32,807 nt of DNA from a virus (taxonomy: Duplodnaviria > Caudoviricetes). Under the pieces are notes generated by a model. The model was not told where the DNA came from, made no database searches, and saw only the letters and a list, made by a program, of their open reading frames with translations. The stretch is from positions 1-32,807 of the IMG/VR virus record IMGVR_UViG_3300020043_001882; one strand, written 5' to 3'. Each line of letters opens with the position of its first letter. Position 1 is the stretch's first letter. This document shows positions 1 to 8,848 of the stretch, piece by piece. Made by a program: the position numbers and the translations under genes.

Positions 1-121
1 GTGGGAACAACATTAACCATTTCAGCAGCAGTCCTATCCAATGCCAATGCTGACAAATGTTGAAGACCAGAACAAGTAGCATCAACAGACACAGGAAGAC
101 CAGATGTCTTCTTGATTCCCT
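1..121 (-). repeat. Exact inverted copy of 2834..2954 (RNAP motif A region)
   Basis: The reverse complement of 1..121 (agggaatcaagaagacatctgg...aatgttgttcccac) is identical to 2834..2954; identity ends at 122/2833. Confidence 0.95.
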
Positions 122-134
122 CTCACGATCACAT

Positions 135-239
135 ATGCTATCGTCTCCAGTATTGGCACAACCGGCAATTATTATGGTTCCCCTAGTGGTTCTGGTGTGT
201 CTCATCAGGGTTTACCGCAATCTTATGGGAATTAAATAA
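135..239 (+). CDS. Possible 34-aa hydrophobic early peptide (MLSSPVLAQPAIIMVPLVVLVCLIRVYRNLMGIK)
   Basis: First ATG after the inverted-repeat junction. One TM-like stretch; the stop overlaps the next start (TAATG at 237-241). Confidence 0.35.
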   Translation: MLSSPVLAQPAIIMVPLVVLVCLIRVYRNLMGIK

Positions 240-436
240 TGGGAACTACAATTGCAATGCGACCAAAACGTGTCCCATCAATCAAAACATTATGTAAACG
301 TGCTATTATCTCGGGCGACACTGAAGTAGCTTTAAAGCTATTAAAGTCCCTTGAGAATCCTAAACCACCTAGCCCACAACGTGTGTCTTATTTAAATCGA
401 CCTTACTACAATTCTAAACTTAAATACGAACCATAA
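239..436 (+). CDS. Hypothetical early protein, basic
   Basis: Tight packing: TAATG overlap upstream, and the stop directly abuts the next ATG. Confidence 0.6.
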   Translation: MGTTIAMRPKRVPSIKTLCKRAIISGDTEVALKLLKSLENPKPPSPQRVSYLNRPYYNSKLKYEP

Positions 437-682
437 ATGACAAACGCTACTTACAATCGAGAGCCTGACTGGGGGTCTTATCCACCAGAGCTGCGGAGAG
501 TTATTGACACAATCCGACAACATGGTAGTGATGCTTTAACTGAGATGCAGCGTATGTTGGTTGTTCAGATCTTTAGGGTTGCTGCTATGACCACTGAACC
601 TCGGGTCATTCAGATCCGAAACAAGATTCAGGAGGCACATTTAGAGTATTGCTTTAGGTTACCAGCGCAGAGGAGACGATGA
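437..682 (+). CDS. Hypothetical early protein
   Basis: ATG immediately after the previous stop; ATGA overlap with the next gene. Confidence 0.7.
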   Translation: MTNATYNREPDWGSYPPELRRVIDTIRQHGSDALTEMQRMLVVQIFRVAAMTTEPRVIQIRNKIQEAHLEYCFRLPAQRRR

Positions 683-885
683 TTAAGCCCTACTCTTATT
701 GGTTCAGTAATGGTGCCAGTGGTTGTGTTATGGCTCACACTAAGGCACATGCCATAATGACAATCCTTGAGCTCAACCCATCACAGCCTGTTATTGACCT
801 CTCCATCAATTTGGAACCTGAATGGACTTCGAATCCGCTTTGCGACTCACCAGCCGCCAACACCTTCCCAACCCGGAAGAATTAG
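679..885 (+). CDS. Hypothetical early protein
   Basis: ATGA-coupled start; fills the gap in the gene chain; overlaps the next ORF by 64 nt. Confidence 0.55.
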   Translation: MIKPYSYWFSNGASGCVMAHTKAHAIMTILELNPSQPVIDLSINLEPEWTSNPLCDSPAANTFPTRKN

Positions 886-1067
886 CTGGGCATCTATCGG
901 ATGTTCTTACTTGGCGGCAACTTCGTAAGTTAGCTAAGAGAAACAACATTCGCCAATACAGTTACCTTAACAAAAAGGGACTGGCTACGGTTCTTGCTTA
1001 TCAAGCCTTTAACAAGGCATCACGTTATCCACAAATCAATGGCTTGGAAATCGTATACTCCGGATGA
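822..1067 (+). CDS. Small protein with Rho N-terminal-like (helix-extension-helix) nucleic-acid-binding motif
   Basis: LTWRQLRKLAKRNNIRQYSYLNKKGL matches the Rho_N pattern LTxxELRxxAKxxGIxxYSxLxKxxL. Confidence 0.7.
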   Translation: MDFESALRLTSRQHLPNPEELAGHLSDVLTWRQLRKLAKRNNIRQYSYLNKKGLATVLAYQAFNKASRYPQINGLEIVYSG

Positions 1068-1365
1068 TTATGAGGCACAGCTTTATCAGTTGTTGCATTG
1101 TAGTCTTGATAGGTTAATTGATCTTGGGTCTAGGCTTGAGGCTCACGGGGATGTGTTAGCAACACACGAAAAAGATATGGAAACAGGAGAGATCACGGAA
1201 CTCCCTGATGTACACCCTGAGGCGCTACTCTTGGCACAGTTAGGTTTGGATGGTGCTGAGGAGGAGGCTGAAAGTACTCAGGAATTAGTTAAAGTTGTGT
1301 CTAGGATTATGATCATTCGTAATGCTAGGGGTCTAATTAAACAGCAACCATTAACGGAATCCTGA
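1039..1365 (+). CDS. Hypothetical acidic protein upstream of RNAP
   Basis: ATG at 1039 (MAWKSY...) is in frame with ORF 994..1365; the stop lies 6 nt before the RNAP start. Confidence 0.7.
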   Translation: MAWKSYTPDDYEAQLYQLLHCSLDRLIDLGSRLEAHGDVLATHEKDMETGEITELPDVHPEALLLAQLGLDGAEEEAESTQELVKVVSRIMIIRNARGLIKQQPLTES

Positions 1366-1371
1366 TCATTT

Positions 1372-3708
1372 ATGGCAACAACAGAGCAGCTCGCCCGACA
1401 ATTACAGCGAGAACTTGACGCAAGGAGTGAGGCCATTAAAAGGCTAAGGGAACGGACTAGGATGGCTGAGGAGAGGCAATATGCCAGCTCCACGGTTTAT
1501 GGTTCTGCCTTTATTAACAAGGGGCTTGAGCTTATTACCAATGAGATCAGCAGCAAACTCCATCGTGTGAGTCAGGGATGGGTTCAAGAGAAAGCTCAGG
1601 CTGTCTTGCCCCTTAAGGGTTGTGACCCCGCTGTGTTGGCTCTGATCACAGCAAAAGGGGTCATTGATATTCTTGGGGTTAGGAGACTTGAACACCTAAC
1701 CTATCAAGCAGCTACTACCCATATTGGAACGTTGGTCTACCATCAAGTGATGTTAGATCAATTTTGTGGTAAGCATCCTGAGTTATTTAATAAGGCGCGG
1801 CTTCACATCCACGATCACAAAGGTTATTCCTACAAGGTTCAGCGTTACCGGGCGGTGATGCGGAGGAATGATGTTGAGCCATTACGGTGGCCCACCAGCG
1901 TTAGGCACCTTGTTGGGGGATGGCTATTGGATCGGCTGTCGGTTGCTACCGGGTGGGTGACCACCAGGATGACCGCCAAGGGGCCGAATGACCGGGTGAC
2001 CTACCTGACCTACCAGCCTGAGTTCATAGAGGCTAGGACGGCGCTCCTGGCGCAGGCTGAGGCGTTTGCTGGCTGTATGTGGCCCATGCTGTGCGAGCCA
2101 AACGACTGGACGGAGGAGTTTAAGGGCGGTTACCTGACCAATGACCTCAGAAAGCTGACAAGGCTGATCAGGACTAGGATTCCGAGAAGGTGCCTATTAT
2201 TACAGGACAGCAAGGCCCTCGTCATGCTGAACCTGCTCCAGAAGGTCCCCTATCGAATCAACGACAGGGTTCTTGAGCTGGCCAACTTCTGTATGGAACA
2301 CCGCATCACTGTGGGTAAGTTCAGAGCGGAGGAACCAACACCTCCACCGCCAAAGCCAGAGCCATGGGAAAGTGCCTCAGAAGAGGATAAGCTTGCCTAT
2401 CGGAGAATGAGAACTGAGATTGAAGATCAGAACTCAGCTCTGGCACAGAAGAATTACCGGACAACTGAAGCCCTTTATGTTGCCAACAAATATAAAGGAG
2501 ACACCTTCTGGATTCCCTGGTCGTTTGACTTTAGGGGAAGAGTATATCCAATACCAACAAGCCTGAGTCCTCAAGGAACAGACTTTGATAAGAGTCTTAT
2601 TTATTTTCAAGAGGAAGGACCAGTTAATGAGTGGTGGTTAGCCTTTCAGGTTGCTACTACTTATGGACTGGATAAAGCACCAATGGATGAGAGAATTGAT
2701 TGGGTCGTTAAGAACCATGATTTCTTGAGTTATATTGCTAATGATCCTGAGGGAACAATTCCTGAGTGGTCATCAGTAGAAGAACCTTGGTGTTTTATTG
2801 CTGCTGTGTTGGAGTATGATCAATGTGTTATCAAGGGAATCAAGAAGACATCTGGTCTTCCTGTGTCTGTTGATGCTACTTGTTCTGGTCTTCAACATTT
2901 GTCAGCATTGGCATTGGATAGGACTGCTGCTGAAATGGTTAATGTTGTTCCCACTGACAAACCTTCTGACGGGTATAAGATTGTTGCGGAAAAGGCAAAG
3001 GAGATTCTTCCTGAGCATCTTCACAATCACATCACCAGAAAAGTAACCAAACGCACTGTCATGACAACGCCTTACGGGGTGACGGAAAACAGTGCGAGGG
3101 ATTACATTCGTCAGGAACTCAAGGGTGTTGAACTTGAGAAGGGTGAGTTACAAAAGATAGTTAAGGCTATCTACCGTTATGGTGTGAGGAAAGTATTTGA
3201 TGGTCCTTGTCGATCTATGGAGTTTATCCAGAAGGTTGCTGGGGAACGCATCAAATCAGGGGCAACAACACTTGAGTGGATCACTCCTTCTGGATTCCCA
3301 GTTGTTCAAGAGTATCGACGTAACGAAGCAGAGACTATCAACACTAAGTTGCTTGGTCAGCGAGTTCGATGTGAACTTTTGAAAGATTGGGAAGAAAGAA
3401 CAATTGATCTACAAAAGGCCAAGACAGCAGCAAGTCCAAACCTGATCCACAGCCTTGATGCGGCCCTGCTTCACCTCGTATTTGCGGAATGGGATGCCCC
3501 ATTTACAGTGATACATGACTGTGTGTTGGGTCGTTCCTGTGACATGGATGACATGGGCAGTGCGATCAGGGACAAGTTCGTCGAGATCTACTCCCAGCCA
3601 GTTCTTAAGGATTGGTCCACGCAATTGGGGGTTGACTTTGATGAGAGTGTCATGTTGAATACCCTTGACATCAACGATGTCCAACAATCCTCCTACTTTT
3701 TTTGCTGA
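1372..3708 (+). CDS. gp1: T7-like single-subunit DNA-directed RNA polymerase
   Basis: DFRGRVY, motif A SVDATCSGLQH, motif B RKVTKRTVMTTPYG, PNLIHSLDA, motif C VIHDC, C-terminal YFFC. Confidence 0.99.
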   Translation: MATTEQLARQLQRELDARSEAIKRLRERTRMAEERQYASSTVYGSAFINKGLELITNEISSKLHRVSQGWVQEKAQAVLPLKGCDPAVLALITAKGVIDILGVRRLEHLTYQAATTHIGTLVYHQVMLDQFCGKHPELFNKARLHIHDHKGYSYKVQRYRAVMRRNDVEPLRWPTSVRHLVGGWLLDRLSVATGWVTTRMTAKGPNDRVTYLTYQPEFIEARTALLAQAEAFAGCMWPMLCEPNDWTEEFKGGYLTNDLRKLTRLIRTRIPRRCLLLQDSKALVMLNLLQKVPYRINDRVLELANFCMEHRITVGKFRAEEPTPPPPKPEPWESASEEDKLAYRRMRTEIEDQNSALAQKNYRTTEALYVANKYKGDTFWIPWSFDFRGRVYPIPTSLSPQGTDFDKSLIYFQEEGPVNEWWLAFQVATTYGLDKAPMDERIDWVVKNHDFLSYIANDPEGTIPEWSSVEEPWCFIAAVLEYDQCVIKGIKKTSGLPVSVDATCSGLQHLSALALDRTAAEMVNVVPTDKPSDGYKIVAEKAKEILPEHLHNHITRKVTKRTVMTTPYGVTENSARDYIRQELKGVELEKGELQKIVKAIYRYGVRKVFDGPCRSMEFIQKVAGERIKSGATTLEWITPSGFPVVQEYRRNEAETINTKLLGQRVRCELLKDWEERTIDLQKAKTAASPNLIHSLDAALLHLVFAEWDAPFTVIHDCVLGRSCDMDDMGSAIRDKFVEIYSQPVLKDWSTQLGVDFDESVMLNTLDINDVQQSSYFFC

Positions 3709-3968
3709 TGGATTATTCGATCACTGACATCGCTGAACGGCTGGGCATCCACGTTTCCGTAGTGGAGAACTACGAAGAAGAGTGGAAGGCTCAACAGGAT
3801 GATCAAGATGAGGATTTCATTACTGAAACCTTTACTGAGTTCCTGTGTCGTACCTTTGCTGAGTGTGCCTTTCTTTGCGATGCAATGTCTGGCAGCAACG
3901 CAATGGAATGTCTTGAGGCTTACGATGAAACCTATGGCAACATCGAAGGCATCTTGACCGATGACTGA
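3708..3968 (+). CDS. Very acidic protein with N-terminal HTH-like motif
   Basis: TGATG coupling to RNAP; YSITDIAERLGIHVSVVENY resembles a helix-turn-helix. Confidence 0.7.
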   Translation: MDYSITDIAERLGIHVSVVENYEEEWKAQQDDQDEDFITETFTEFLCRTFAECAFLCDAMSGSNAMECLEAYDETYGNIEGILTDD

Positions 3969-4176
3969 CACCGAATCTATGTTGATGGACTTTATCATCC
4001 CCTCTGATGCTTATGCGTTGGAGTTGGCTGAACAGTTCAACATTGAATATGGTCTTAGGTGGACACCTGAGTACGTCCAGTACCTGGCCACTAAGGCTGA
4101 CCTCTTGTTAGATGACAACTTGATTGATCATCTTTCTCTTTTCGCTACCCACGAACAAATCACCAACAATGTCTGA
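3961..4176 (+). CDS. Hypothetical acidic protein
   Basis: 8-nt overlaps with both neighbours; plausible composition. Confidence 0.7.
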   Translation: MTDTESMLMDFIIPSDAYALELAEQFNIEYGLRWTPEYVQYLATKADLLLDDNLIDHLSLFATHEQITNNV

Positions 4177-4747
4177 TTCCCGTTTTATTATCACCACCAC
4201 CCTTGAAGGGTATATCAACGCTCTGGTTCCTTCTGGTAAGTTTAACAACTGTACCATTGGGTTCCGCATTCCTGAGGAAGAGATTCCTAAGTTTGATGCT
4301 ATCTATGAACAAGCCCTTGAGTGGGGCAAGAACAAGATGGCAGGCAAGCGATTCTCTGCTGAACTCCCTAAGTGGGATGAAGAGGGAATGGTTAAGGTGT
4401 CTTATGGTGGTGACAGCAGCAGCCCAATGTTCCCCTGGGTGGATACGGATGGGGTTCCTATTGATATGGACACCCAAATCTGGAAGGGCACTGTCGTTAA
4501 GCTCATCGTTGATCTGAAGCCTTATGTGTTCGGAGCAAAGGTGGGTTGTTCCCTCAAGGTGCGTGGAGCACAGGTTCTCAAGCTGGTTAGCGGTGGAGGT
4601 TCTGATAGCGGCGGCCTTGATGAAGATAGCGTGGCGCTTCTGTTTGGTAAAACGAATGGATTCAAGGCTGGTAGCCCTAGTTTTGAACCTAACGAAGATC
4701 CAGGCGAAGGGCCTGTTGGCTATGATGAAGACGACGTGCCGTTTTGA
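4169..4747 (+). CDS. gp2.5: Single-stranded DNA-binding protein (T7 gp2.5-like)
   Basis: Position before endonuclease I; GTVVKLIV...GCSLKVRGAQVLKL OB-fold strands; acidic tail ending YDEDDVPF. ATG at 4169 preferred. Confidence 0.9.
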   Translation: MSDSRFIITTTLEGYINALVPSGKFNNCTIGFRIPEEEIPKFDAIYEQALEWGKNKMAGKRFSAELPKWDEEGMVKVSYGGDSSSPMFPWVDTDGVPIDMDTQIWKGTVVKLIVDLKPYVFGAKVGCSLKVRGAQVLKLVSGGGSDSGGLDEDSVALLFGKTNGFKAGSPSFEPNEDPGEGPVGYDEDDVPF

Positions 4748-4751
4748 ATAG

Positions 4752-5129
4752 ATGACACAGTACCGTAGCCGTCTTGAAGAAAGGTTGGCTCGGTGGTTCG
4801 AACTGAATGGGCACCAGTTTGAATATGAAACTCTAAAGCTAAACTACACGTTGTCTGCCGTATACACGCCGGACTTTATCTTGCCCAATGGGGTTATCCT
4901 GGAAGCCAAGGGTTATTTCAAACCAGAAGATCGGAGGAAGATGCTTGCCGTAAAGAAGCAACATCCCCATCTTGATATTCGTCTTGTCTTCCAGCAACCC
5001 CTAAACACCCTCACAAAGACCAGTAAGACTACCTACGCAATGTGGGCAGAGAAGAATGGTTTCTTGTGGGCACCTTTCCACGCTATTCCACTTGATTGGT
5101 TCAATGATCCTGACTGCAACGGCAACTAA
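4752..5129 (+). CDS. gp3: Endonuclease I (Holliday junction resolvase)
   Basis: YRSRLEE, YTPDF, LEAKG, DIRLVF, TTYAMWAEKNGF motifs. Confidence 0.97.
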   Translation: MTQYRSRLEERLARWFELNGHQFEYETLKLNYTLSAVYTPDFILPNGVILEAKGYFKPEDRRKMLAVKKQHPHLDIRLVFQQPLNTLTKTSKTTYAMWAEKNGFLWAPFHAIPLDWFNDPDCNGN

Positions 5130-5331
5130 AGAACAAATCCTCAAGCAACTTGGTGAGCACTTTGCTGACACTCTTGTTGAATGTTTGGATTATGTTCATA
5201 CAAAGGAGATCACTCCTGATGACATTGCCAAGTTGATTATTGATGAGCTTGAAGATTGGATGGCTTATCATGCTTCAATGACCAATGCTGCTGAATCGGT
5301 TCGATATGCACTCCGAGAGCGAGTTTCTTAG
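5104..5331 (+). CDS. Hypothetical acidic protein
   Basis: ATG at 5104 is in frame with ORF 5056..5331; fills the endo-primase gap. Confidence 0.65.
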   Translation: MILTATATKEQILKQLGEHFADTLVECLDYVHTKEITPDDIAKLIIDELEDWMAYHASMTNAAESVRYALRERVS

Positions 5332-6919
5332 GCACGAACCATGTCCTAATTGCGGTAGTAGTGATGCCCTTGCTCGTTATACTGACGGACACGGGCATTG
5401 CTTTTCTTGCCGCTACTATGAACATGGGGACGACACACCACCACCAATCATTACAACCCGCACCTCTCTCATGAACTTTACTGGGGACTATGTTCCTCTC
5501 AAGGGTAGAAACCTAAGGGAAGATACCTTAAAGAAGTTCAACGTTCGCTATGACCACGACTCCAAAACGCTCCGCTTCCCCTACTATTCACAGGCTGGTC
5601 AACTAATCGCCTTTAAGAGTAGGGACCAAGAGAAGGACTTTCGATGGACAGGAAAGAACGAAGATCACACCCTCTTTGGTCAACAACTATGGGGACGTGG
5701 TAAAGAATTAGTCATCACCGAAGGGGAACTGGATTGCCTTAGCGTGTTCCAGTTACGATCCACCTGGCCCGTTGTTAGTCTCCCTAACGGAGCAGCAGGG
5801 GCAAAGAAGTCTCTTCAACATCAATTGAAGTGGCTCATGGGGTTTGAATCAATCATCCTCTTTTTTGATAATGATGATGCTGGACAGCAAGCAGCACAAG
5901 ACTGTGCAAGTTTGTTTCCTCATGATCGACTATTCATTGCGAGGTTAGATTCCTACAAGGATGCTAATGAAGCCCTCATTGCCAAAGACTACGAAGCAAT
6001 CACCTCCGCCATCCTGTGGAATAAGAAGCCCTATTCCCCCAGAACCGTTATTGATGGACGAGATCTATTCACCCTCGCAACTCGGCCTCTTCATGGTCGG
6101 GATGCTAATTGGCCCTACTCTGCTCTTGACAACCTCACTAGTGGTCTTAGGCGGGGCGAATTGGTCACGATCACAGCTGGATCCGGCGTGGGGAAATCAA
6201 CCTTCTGTGGTGAAATAGCTCAATCACTTGTCGATCAAGGCGAGAAGGTTGGTTACATTGCCCTTGAGGAAAGTCTTCAACGTACTGCGCTACGGCTCAT
6301 GTCCGTTAAGGCAAACAAACCCCTTCATCTAAACAATGAACTGCCTGAGGAAGATCTTAAAAGGGCTTTTGATGCTTCTCTTGGCACCGGCTCAGTATAT
6401 CTACGTGATGGCTTTGGGTCTGTGGATCCTGACAGCATTCTTAGCGATTGTCGTTTTATGGCCCTTGCCAAGGAAGTTGGTTGGATTATTCTGGACCACC
6501 TATCTATTCTTATGTCCGGTAATGAGAGCCATGACGAACGTAAGCTCATTGATGTGACCATGACCAAGCTCCGTTCCTTTGTGGAGGAGACTGGCATTGG
6601 GATGCTCCTGATCAGCCACCTAAAGCGCCCACAAGGCGACAAGGGGCACGAGGATGGCCAACAGGTCAGCCTTGGGCAGCTACGGGGGTCCCACAGCATC
6701 GTGCAACTTTCTGACATGGTGATTGCCCTTGAGAGAAACCTCTCTGCCGGGGACAACATGGCCAACATCCGAGTCCTTAAGAACCGGTTCAACGGTCAAA
6801 CTGGACAGGCTGGAACCATTGCTTTTAACGGATCTACTGGTAGAATGACCGAAGACCTCACCACCGCCTTCAAGCCCACCACCAACAACAATGACGCTGA
6901 TTATGAATGTGGATTCTGA
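5306..6919 (+). CDS. gp4: DNA primase-helicase (T7 gp4-like)
   Basis: Zn ribbon CPNC...CFSC, TOPRIM ITEGELD and FDNDDAG, Walker A AGSGVGKST, ILDHL, LRGS, VLKNRFNG. Confidence 0.99.
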   Translation: MHSESEFLRHEPCPNCGSSDALARYTDGHGHCFSCRYYEHGDDTPPPIITTRTSLMNFTGDYVPLKGRNLREDTLKKFNVRYDHDSKTLRFPYYSQAGQLIAFKSRDQEKDFRWTGKNEDHTLFGQQLWGRGKELVITEGELDCLSVFQLRSTWPVVSLPNGAAGAKKSLQHQLKWLMGFESIILFFDNDDAGQQAAQDCASLFPHDRLFIARLDSYKDANEALIAKDYEAITSAILWNKKPYSPRTVIDGRDLFTLATRPLHGRDANWPYSALDNLTSGLRRGELVTITAGSGVGKSTFCGEIAQSLVDQGEKVGYIALEESLQRTALRLMSVKANKPLHLNNELPEEDLKRAFDASLGTGSVYLRDGFGSVDPDSILSDCRFMALAKEVGWIILDHLSILMSGNESHDERKLIDVTMTKLRSFVEETGIGMLLISHLKRPQGDKGHEDGQQVSLGQLRGSHSIVQLSDMVIALERNLSAGDNMANIRVLKNRFNGQTGQAGTIAFNGSTGRMTEDLTTAFKPTTNNNDADYECGF

Positions 6920-7061
6920 TGAGGTTTGTATTACGTGCGGATGGAACAAGTTTCTTTACAGTGAAATGATTCCTGGTGGCTGGTTCTGCGAAGAATGCGG
7001 CACACCATCCGCTGAGACACAAGAACTTCTCGACCGGGAAGAACCCGGCAATTGGTCCTAA
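6903..7061 (+). CDS. 52-aa zinc-ribbon protein (not in ORF track)
   Basis: MNVDSDEVCITCGWNKFLYSEMIPGGWFCEECGTPS...GNWS*: two CxxCG knuckles; the stop overlaps the polymerase ATG (TAATG at 7059-7063). Confidence 0.8.
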   Translation: MNVDSDEVCITCGWNKFLYSEMIPGGWFCEECGTPSAETQELLDREEPGNWS

Positions 7062-8848
7062 TGCGATTACTATTCGACATTGAAACCAACGGCCTACCCC
7101 GTCAGGGGTTAGATCATATCCATTGCGTTGTTGCCAAAGACATCGACAGTGGAGAGGTATTTCGCTTTAACGACACTGGCTCCGCTAATTCTGTAACCAA
7201 TGGTATTACCCTTCTCCAAGAGGCTGATGTTCTCATCGGCCATAATATTGTTGGCTTTGACATACCGGTTATCCAGCAAATATACCCGTTCTTCCAAACC
7301 AAAGCCACCCTATTCGATACTCTGATCCTTAGCCGGATGTTCTACCCGGACATTCTTTCTAGGGACTTTCGTAAGAAACCCATTGGGATGCCACCTAAGC
7401 TATTTGGGCGTCATTCCCTGGAGGCATGGGGCTATCGCCTTGGTGATTACAAAGGTGAGTTTGGTAAGACCACGGACTGGGCTGACTGGTCCCAAGAGAT
7501 GGAGGATTACTGTGAGCAGGATGTTCACGTCTGTGATTCTCTCTTTCAATTGATGGGACAAAAGGATCGTCTTGCCCGGTATGCTGACTCGATTGGGTTG
7601 GAACATGACTTAGCTACCATCATGGCTAAGCAGGAAGTATCTGGCTGGCCCTTTGATATTGTTGCTGCTCAGAAGTTAGAGGCCACTCTCCGAACAGAGA
7701 TGGATCAACTAGCAGACAAGATGCGGGAAACCTTTCCGTATGTTGACGGGGGACAGATGACACCCAAGCGCCCTAACCAAACACGGGGCTACATAAAGGA
7801 TGCCCCATTCACAAAGCTTAAGGAGTTTAATCCAACAAGCCGTGATCACATTGGGTGGGCCTTTATGACGTGGAGGGGATGGCAACCAGAGGTATTTACC
7901 GACAGTGGCCGCCCTAAGATTGATGAAGGCGTATTGATGGGCATTGATACGGAAGAGGCTAAGATCTTTGCCCGTATCCTTGAACTACAAAAGGCCCTTG
8001 GACAGCTGTCTGATGGCGCTAATGCCTGGCTCAAGGTAGTCACCAAGGAGGGACGCATCCACCATGTATGTCAACTCGCAACCAACACAGGTCGTAATGC
8101 ACACTCACGTCCGAACCTTGGCCAAACGAGTAGTGATCCACGCTGCCGCAAGCTGTTTCTTCCTGGTAAAGGGATGGCTCAGGTGGGTGCGGATGCTTCT
8201 GGCCTGGAGCTTAGGATGCTTGGGCATTATCTCTCTTATTTTGATAGAGGTGCTTTTGCTGATGTTGTTGTCAATGGGGACATCCATCAACAGAATGCTG
8301 ACCGAGTTGGCTGTTCACGCAAAGACGTTAAGACCCTAACGTATGCCTTTATCTATGGTGCCTCCGATAAGAAGATCGGTGTGTCCCTAGATAAGTCCCT
8401 AGATGACAAAAAGGCAGTCGTCTTAGGAAAAGAGATCCGACAAAAGTTCCTTGAAGCGATTCCGGGTCTTGAGGATCTCCTTAACATGGTCAATAAAAAG
8501 TCAGCTTCTGATGTTCTTCGTGGTCTTGATGGAAGACCCATCCTCCTCCAGGGAAAGAAACACGCTGCTCTTAACTACCTCCTTCAAAGTGCTGGGGCGA
8601 TTGTTTGTAAGCGGTGGAATGTCATCACTTACAATACGATTAACGAACTCGGGTACCAATGGGGCGTTGACTATCAATGGCTCGGCTGGATCCACGATGA
8701 AATACAACTTGCTGTTCAACCACACCTAATCAATGACTTCAAATTCCAACTTGAATGGGCAATCGTCCAAGCAGGTGAATACTACAAACTCAAAGTCCCC
8801 CTCGCCTCGGAAGCAAAAAGCGGCCTCTCGTGGGCGGACTGCCACTGA
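7061..8848 (+). CDS. gp5: Family A DNA polymerase with 3'-5' exonuclease (T7 gp5-like)
   Basis: FDIET, GHNIVGFD, YCEQD exonuclease motifs; DASGLELR, KTLTYAFIYG, IHDE polymerase motifs. Confidence 0.99.
   Translation: MRLLFDIETNGLPRQGLDHIHCVVAKDIDSGEVFRFNDTGSANSVTNGITLLQEADVLIGHNIVGFDIPVIQQIYPFFQTKATLFDTLILSRMFYPDILSRDFRKKPIGMPPKLFGRHSLEAWGYRLGDYKGEFGKTTDWADWSQEMEDYCEQDVHVCDSLFQLMGQKDRLARYADSIGLEHDLATIMAKQEVSGWPFDIVAAQKLEATLRTEMDQLADKMRETFPYVDGGQMTPKRPNQTRGYIKDAPFTKLKEFNPTSRDHIGWAFMTWRGWQPEVFTDSGRPKIDEGVLMGIDTEEAKIFARILELQKALGQLSDGANAWLKVVTKEGRIHHVCQLATNTGRNAHSRPNLGQTSSDPRCRKLFLPGKGMAQVGADASGLELRMLGHYLSYFDRGAFADVVVNGDIHQQNADRVGCSRKDVKTLTYAFIYGASDKKIGVSLDKSLDDKKAVVLGKEIRQKFLEAIPGLEDLLNMVNKKSASDVLRGLDGRPILLQGKKHAALNYLLQSAGAIVCKRWNVITYNTINELGYQWGVDYQWLGWIHDEIQLAVQPHLINDFKFQLEWAIVQAGEYYKLKVPLASEAKSGLSWADCH

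Noticed and set aside
57-239. 60-aa ORF from the ORF track
   Set aside because: Its 5' part lies in the inverted RNAP copy, so it is chimeric across the 121/122 junction.
3695-3710. T7 run at the RNAP 3' end as a frameshift site fusing RNAP to the HTH ORF
   Set aside because: The run simply encodes the conserved YFFC terminus, whose free end matters in this enzyme family. The TGATG overlap already explains coupling.
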